Positions 58,701-64,000 of a DNA stretch of 64,000 nt are shown here, one piece after another (the stretch's first letter is position 1; the number at the start of each line of letters is the position of its first letter). The stretch comes from Trypanosoma brucei (Eukaryota). The stretch is taken from NCBI GenBank assembly GCA_000002445.1, contig CM000207.1, forward strand, positions 256,001 through 320,000, written 5' to 3'. Below the pieces are notes generated by a model that made no database searches, had not been told where the DNA came from, and saw only the letters and a program-made list of their open reading frames with translations. The translations under genes were made by a program, and so were the position numbers.

Positions 58701-61190
58701 CGAGCTAGGCGACATTAAAGTGGACGCGCCGGAGAAGGACAAGAAGGTGAATACCATGCGGTGGGTACAGCGGTCCAAGGACTATGACAACCAGGTGTGG
58801 ACAGAAGGGTCCGTGGTGCTGGACGTTTCGTCAGACGCAGGTACCCTTGTGCACCCAAAGGAGGGGAAGAGGGAGAAGGTTGTGCTGGGAGCTGGGCCGC
58901 CGGCCTGCAGCTATCGCGCGGAATGTGTGGCGATGGAGGCGGGGTTGAAGAGGCTAGCTGATTTCATGGAGCTAAAAAAGACGCACAGAACGAGAGTTGT
59001 GGCCTTCACGGACTCACTGTCGCTGTTGATGGCGCTGAGTACTGGCTGCGGTGGTGGAGAACGCGATTCTGAGACGTATTTGGGACCTCATCTTGCGTAT
59101 TGTGCGGTTTCGTGTATCCATCCACTTCCAGTTCGTGTTTTCGAATTGCGTGGTGCTACGCAATGACGCAGCTAACAAGGCAGCCGAGAAGGGAAACACA
59201 AAGCTGCAGTCGTATCCAGCATGGATCACGGACGCAGTCACAGGTATAGAAAGGCAAATCCGTTGCGAAAGGAACAATGAATTCAAGGAGGGAAAAACAT
59301 CACAAGGACACCGCAGTGTTCTCCTCAACTATATTAAACCTACGCAGAAAAAACAAAATGGACAAAATAGGGGAATAACTACAAGTGCAATTTAGAACAG
59401 ACACCTCGAAACATTTCGGATGGCTACATCGTGTGCTCAAAAAAACAATGGAGAACACTAAGTGTACGTTGTGTCGTTGTGAATTAGCGAAGTAGGAGAG
59501 AAGTGATAAGATGAAAAAGATAAGTACACAAAATGATAATACGAAGACGCAGTCATCACAGGTGGACGTGCGACATAATGAGCCCATAATATGCCCGTTG
59601 TGCAACGTGGTGTGTGCTCGTCGTCAAGCTGGAGTAGTGCGCCTGATGAATATACACAGTTGGAAAAGAGAAATGGCACTGGAAATGACAAGGATTGCAA
59701 AATTGGCAGTACAGGAGTATAAATGTAAATACAGCTGCCATGTTTGTGAAATGGATTTTGAGAGGTGAGGTTTACTAGTGGAGCACATGGTCACACACAA
59801 ACACGCACGCCCCGGAAATAATATCGCAGGTTGAAAATCAACAGAAAAGGAGCATAAAAGAAGAGGTAGATTCGGAAAGACAAAAGCTAACGTGTCGATG
59901 GTGCCACATTGAATATGTGTCGTATGGATGGTTAAAAAGGCATATGCTAACAAAAAATCCTGAATAGCAGCAAACAGAATACGACAAAAATTAGAATCAA
60001 CAGGCAGAGCATGGCACGGAGGATACGGATATTAATGAGGAGAAACTGGAGTGTCAAAGGTGTAAAATGGTGGTAAAGAGTAAAACTTGGTTGAACAGAC
60101 GCGAATGCATTCGAAATCAGGCAATACTACAGGAGACTTCAAAGAGACAGAAAATCAACTTAAAGAAATATGCTGCACATGTGGAAAGGAGTACCAATAC
60201 AGCTGGTTGCTTCGTCATATGCATAAGAAGAACCCAGGATACGATGAGTCTTTGAGGCCAAGGATGTGAGTGCAGAATAGAAAAGTCAAGAAGGAAACGA
60301 AAAGGGAAGTTAGCGATAACAGGAAAGCAGTGCAGGGTGCAGGGGCAACAATTGATGGGAAAAACCGGGAAAAAGGCCAATAATAGGGAGGCACACAGAA
60401 GTAGAAGAAGGAAGAGATTTTGTGTGTTAGGTAAAATAGTGCATACAAGTCACAATACTCACTGTTATGGCACACACAAACACACTATAAGGGCGCTACA
60501 AATGTTCAAAGAAAGATGAAAGATGACTCGCTAATAATAACTCCTACAATGCAAAGATTACTTCAGCGCCCATACTGCCCAATGAGATGCACACAGAAGC
60601 AGCGCCTCACAATGTATCTACTGGCGAGGCACGGACAGCCGAAGAAGGAAGCCGCGCACAACTTTCTGATGGTCTCATGTGAGGAGTCATCTGTGCGTCT
60701 GCTGGTGCGACAGAAACTTCTGCCAACAAGGAAAAACACGGTGTGGAACACCTTGAAAAAGAGGAAATACATAAAAGTGAACAGATACCAGGATTCCTAA
60801 AAGATCTCTTGAAGGTAAAGGGCCGCGATGAACCCAATCTATACACTCACAAAGAGAAACCCACTCGGGAAGTGAAAATGGGAAGATCGCCAGAAAAGTT
60901 GGATATCCCATCCCACCCTGCGCAGCCTTTGGTAATACAGACAGTCTCTCATATGGAGGGGAGAAAACGCCCTAGCAAAATGTTTCCCCCGTACAGGCAA
61001 AGAGGGGTACAGTTTCGATGGAAGAAGCGAGGACTGAATCGGGGCTATATAAACATCTTCCAAAGATGTGCAGAGAATAGGAAGTAGCAGATAAAATGGG
61101 GAAGCACATGCACATTAAATGCACAACGAAAAATGCACATATTCCATTTCTATTTCTCTCCCCCCGTCTCACTGAGCTATCTTTTAAAAA
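55747..61190 (+). mobile_element. Divergent, degenerate ingi-related non-LTR retrotransposon (DIRE-like); the 3' boundary is approximate
   Basis: The 5' end cccttgtgacggcggtcacctcatcgtggtgcaagggtctagtactccgt aligns with the ingi 5' end (reverse complement of 40330-40373). ORF remnants: 55772-56164 (degenerate 2A-like LLSGDVKQNPSP); 56174-56596 (APE endonuclease-like); 57491-57868 and 57893-58195 (RT: FRPARSTL...FIDYARAFDSVDHG...FFADDLTIV); 58393-59166 (RNase H-like WTEGSVVLDVSSDAG...AFTDSLSLLMAL); 59511-60269 (several C2H2 fingers: CPLCNVVC...H, CHVCEMDFER, CTCGKEYQYSWLLRHMHKKNPG). About 50% aa identity to the first ingi by eye. An A6 run at ~61186 may mark the end; no TSD was found. Confidence 0.7.
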
Positions 61191-61858
61191 ATATTCCTCG
61201 TGCTATTCCTCTCGCACTCACTTGCTCTTTTACATTGCGCCCTCGGAGTTGGCTTAAGTGCCCCTATTTTGTTTAGCGTCGTTGTGTGCCACCGCTCATA
61301 TCATAAAATTAGTATGTACACTTACATGGCACACCCAATATTACATACTGCTATTACTGTCGTAACCTTAAACTACTCGTAATATCTATTATTAAAACAA
61401 AATAAGCCAAAATAGAAAAAGTTATAATAGAACCCATTTTTCATACTTTATCGCAACACTAAGCTATACCCACAAGTCAAAAATATCTGAAAACATTTAA
61501 GTACTTTCGCATTTTCAAAAACAAATATAAAATTAATCGAATAAACCATAGCTGTAAAAATCCTAAATGGCACTCATTTTCAACACTTCATCAACATATC
61601 ACTTTACATTCAAATATCAAAATTGTACAACAGCAAAAAAAGATCTCCCAAAGTTTCCACATGTTTGCAAAAAGCGCTGAAATACAAACGCACATTTAAG
61701 AATTGTATAAAATATTTTCAAAATGGATGTAAATTTATCTAGTTTATTTCGGCAAAGATGCAAAGTTTCGTACAATAAGATGTTCCAAAAAAAAATCCAC
61801 TACATTAATACATTTCCAAAAAGAAAATTCCACTACATTAAGATACTCCAATAAATTT

Positions 61859-63439
61859 TTATGCTAGGAGCAAAAATGCCATGAACAGAGGAATACTCAT
61901 CAAAGCAGAAATGCCAACTGCACCGTCACAAACTCCATCCTCCCATGTGCAGTCTTCTTTACAGTCTTCCTGCTGTATTGCTTTGCAATTTCCTTCTTGT
62001 CGTGCCATCATCCACTGAAGTGCTCTGGGCCATTTCCGCATTTGAGTTTCGTTCTGTTTCTTTGTGTCTTTCCTTTCGTCTGATTCGCATCTACCTTTTT
62101 CCTCGTTGCCTTCCCATGTGCATTCGCCACTGCAGTCCTGTTTCCCCTTACCACTGCAGCCCGTTTTGGTGATTTCAGTTTCGTCTGATTGTGCTTGCTT
62201 TGCCTCTTCTGTTGGTCTTTGATCTTCCAGATAAATTAGAGCCTTCTGTGCGTTTTTGTTTCTAACCGCATCAAGGAGTGTTTCAGTTACGAATCCTGAG
62301 CCAATGTGGTACGTCACGTTCTTAGTCCACAGAACTTTTACGAAGTCTCTGGTGAAGTTTTGCTTATCCCCCCCGTAAAGTTTTTGAAGTTGCGCTTCGA
62401 CGCTGCTTCCGGCCGAGGATTTACCTCTTGTTTCGTGAAAGAAGCTTTTGAACGCGAGTTGGACTTCGGTCGTGTTTGCTAACGTGACAGGCGTTAGACT
62501 GGATATGGTTATTATCTGAGGATCGGGTTCTTTTATGTATTTGCATAACTTGTTTATCAGTAAGTCGTTATCTTTTTCTGATTTCGTCGATTCATTTTGT
62601 ATCACAGCGCAATTTGTGCTCGAGTCGCTACCCTCGAATATCCTAATCGGCTCTACAGTGATGAGGCTGTCTTTTTCAGTCGTCGATGCCTCGAATTTAA
62701 CATAATGGTCACCTTTCAGCAGATGTCCACACCTCTCAACTAATGCTTCTGCGCTTTCCGGTCCCTTCGTTTTTTTAATCTCAACCAGATGCGTTATTCC
62801 CAGTGGTCTTAGTTTGCTGCTATTTAGCAGTTTGATATGCGTTGCTGTCTTCAAGTTAACGGAAATTCCTTCTGGTTGGCTGTTATCATTGGTTCGGTGT
62901 GCACAACTTCCGTCGCCGCGTAATATCGGTGTTTCATCGCCAGGGCATTCTCCTATGGATACGCTGTAGCCCTGTATTTTGCTTACTCCAACTATTGTCT
63001 TCCCCCGAATATTAATCGCCAGCAACGTGCGCGTTAGTGCCGCTCTCCTGTGCAGAAACTTTGCGGTTGCTACCGCTGCCTTGTACTTCCCATTGTGGAC
63101 CCGCCTTGCTGTCGCCGCTGCGGTGGACATGTACGCGGCAAGGGCATACGTCGCGGCCCGTTTCTCTGTTTGGTTTGTAACTGCGGCAAGAAGATCCCAT
63201 GCCTCTGCATAAATTTGCATGTCGGATATTTCGCGCTCCTGCCTTTCTGCCGCCGCTACGATGCGATTTGCGAGGTACTCCGTATACTTAGCCTCTGTGC
63301 AGAGATTTGTCACCTTGTCAGAAGATGGCTCTGTTACTGCTTGCGCCTGGCAACACCTCGACAATAACATGAGTAGCGCGGGCACACCTGCTGCAACAGC
63401 TGTGTGCGATATTACTTTGGTAGCGGTCTGATTTTGCAT
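61859..63439 (-). CDS. VSG: Apparently intact VSG on the minus strand (VSG14), 526 aa
   Basis: Uninterrupted ORF MQNQTATKVISHTAVAAGVPALLMLLSRCCQAQAVTE...; two Cys-rich CTD subdomains (GCSGKGKQDCSGECTWEGNEEKGRCES; GNCKAIQQEDCKEDCTWEDGVCDG); hydrophobic GPI tail AVGISALMSIPLFMAFLLLA*. On the minus strand there is a T-rich 3' region and a 16-mer-like tgaaaatattttatacaa at ~61700-61725 (plus-strand coordinates). Confidence 0.8.
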   Translation of the reverse strand: MQNQTATKVISHTAVAAGVPALLMLLSRCCQAQAVTEPSSDKVTNLCTEAKYTEYLANRIVAAAERQEREISDMQIYAEAWDLLAAVTNQTEKRAATYALAAYMSTAAATARRVHNGKYKAAVATAKFLHRRAALTRTLLAINIRGKTIVGVSKIQGYSVSIGECPGDETPILRGDGSCAHRTNDNSQPEGISVNLKTATHIKLLNSSKLRPLGITHLVEIKKTKGPESAEALVERCGHLLKGDHYVKFEASTTEKDSLITVEPIRIFEGSDSSTNCAVIQNESTKSEKDNDLLINKLCKYIKEPDPQIITISSLTPVTLANTTEVQLAFKSFFHETRGKSSAGSSVEAQLQKLYGGDKQNFTRDFVKVLWTKNVTYHIGSGFVTETLLDAVRNKNAQKALIYLEDQRPTEEAKQAQSDETEITKTGCSGKGKQDCSGECTWEGNEEKGRCESDERKDTKKQNETQMRKWPRALQWMMARQEGNCKAIQQEDCKEDCTWEDGVCDGAVGISALMSIPLFMAFLLLA

Positions 63440-64000
63440 TGGCTTCTTTCCTTTTTTTTCGAATATGCTCCGTTACTTTTGTGTCTTTAACTTCTTTGTT
63501 GGCAGTGCTTGTATCTTTGTCATTTGTGGCAATACGTGGAATTTCAGTGTTCCGCAGGAGACAGCAGTTGTCCCAATAACAATTTTAAAAGCCAGGACAA
63601 AAATGTTTTTAAGAGCAACCCCTTTAAGGACTACAGTGACTATGAAACCGTGATCATGTTTGCTATCTTCCGTATGCAGAAAAAAAAACGGCTGCGCCAT
63701 TGTCATATCTTCACGTTATTTGTGTTGTGGGTTTTAGCGGAGCTATCACTAATGGAATGCACCCGACCATTACTGCTCTCTTGCTGAATGAGTGTGCCGT
63801 GCCCGCGTGCTTCCTTCTCCAAGCTCCCTTCCACTTCTCACGTTGTGGATCTCACCAAACCATATAGTGGCGCCTTTCCTCATCCCATTGCTCCTCGTAA
63901 ACTTTCTTCCGACGGAAGTTGCGCAATACTTGATCTTTTCGGGAAATATATAATTATGAGTTTGGGCAGCAACTCCTTCCCGAGTATAATCATACCTGAT

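Overview
This window looks like a Trypanosoma brucei-type subtelomeric silent VSG (variant surface glycoprotein) array, with 13 VSG genes or pseudogenes on the + strand and one on the - strand.

- **VSGs.** Four look intact: 4995-6452, 15786-17246, 53224-54852 and 61859-63439(-). The rest are pseudogenes with single in-frame stops or multiple frameshifts.
- **Gene-family signatures.** N-terminal signal peptides; Cys-rich C-terminal domains ending in GPI-anchor signals such as ...GSNSFVINKAPLLLAVFLL, ...SPLLLEFLLLA and ...KDSSILATKKFALSMVSAAFVALLF; the conserved VSG 3'UTR 16-mer TGATATATTTTAACAC about 80-150 bp after nearly every stop; and 70-bp repeat blocks (TAA-rich + GAGAGTGTTGTGAGTGTGTATATACGAATATTATAATAAGAGCAGTAATAATAATAATGATA) 1-2 kb upstream of most VSGs.
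- **Retroelements.** A degenerate ingi non-LTR retrotransposon lies on the - strand (35119-40373), inserted inside a VSG pseudogene with a perfect 12-bp target-site duplication. A second, more divergent ingi/DIRE-like element lies on the + strand (about 55747-61190).
- **Other repeated content.** There are interstitial TTAGGG telomere-repeat tracts. A recurring module sits downstream of four VSGs: telomere-derived block, then a T-rich 'GATGCAGCGGC...GGACCCTAACCCTCCTCCCCCC' satellite, then an orphan VSG C-terminal-domain fragment with its own 3'UTR. Two families of glycosyltransferase-like (GT31/Fringe-motif) pseudogenes sit between 70-bp repeats and VSGs.
- **Limits.** I see no rRNA, tRNA or CRISPR features. 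All calls are by eye from the sequence and ORF track; no searches were run.
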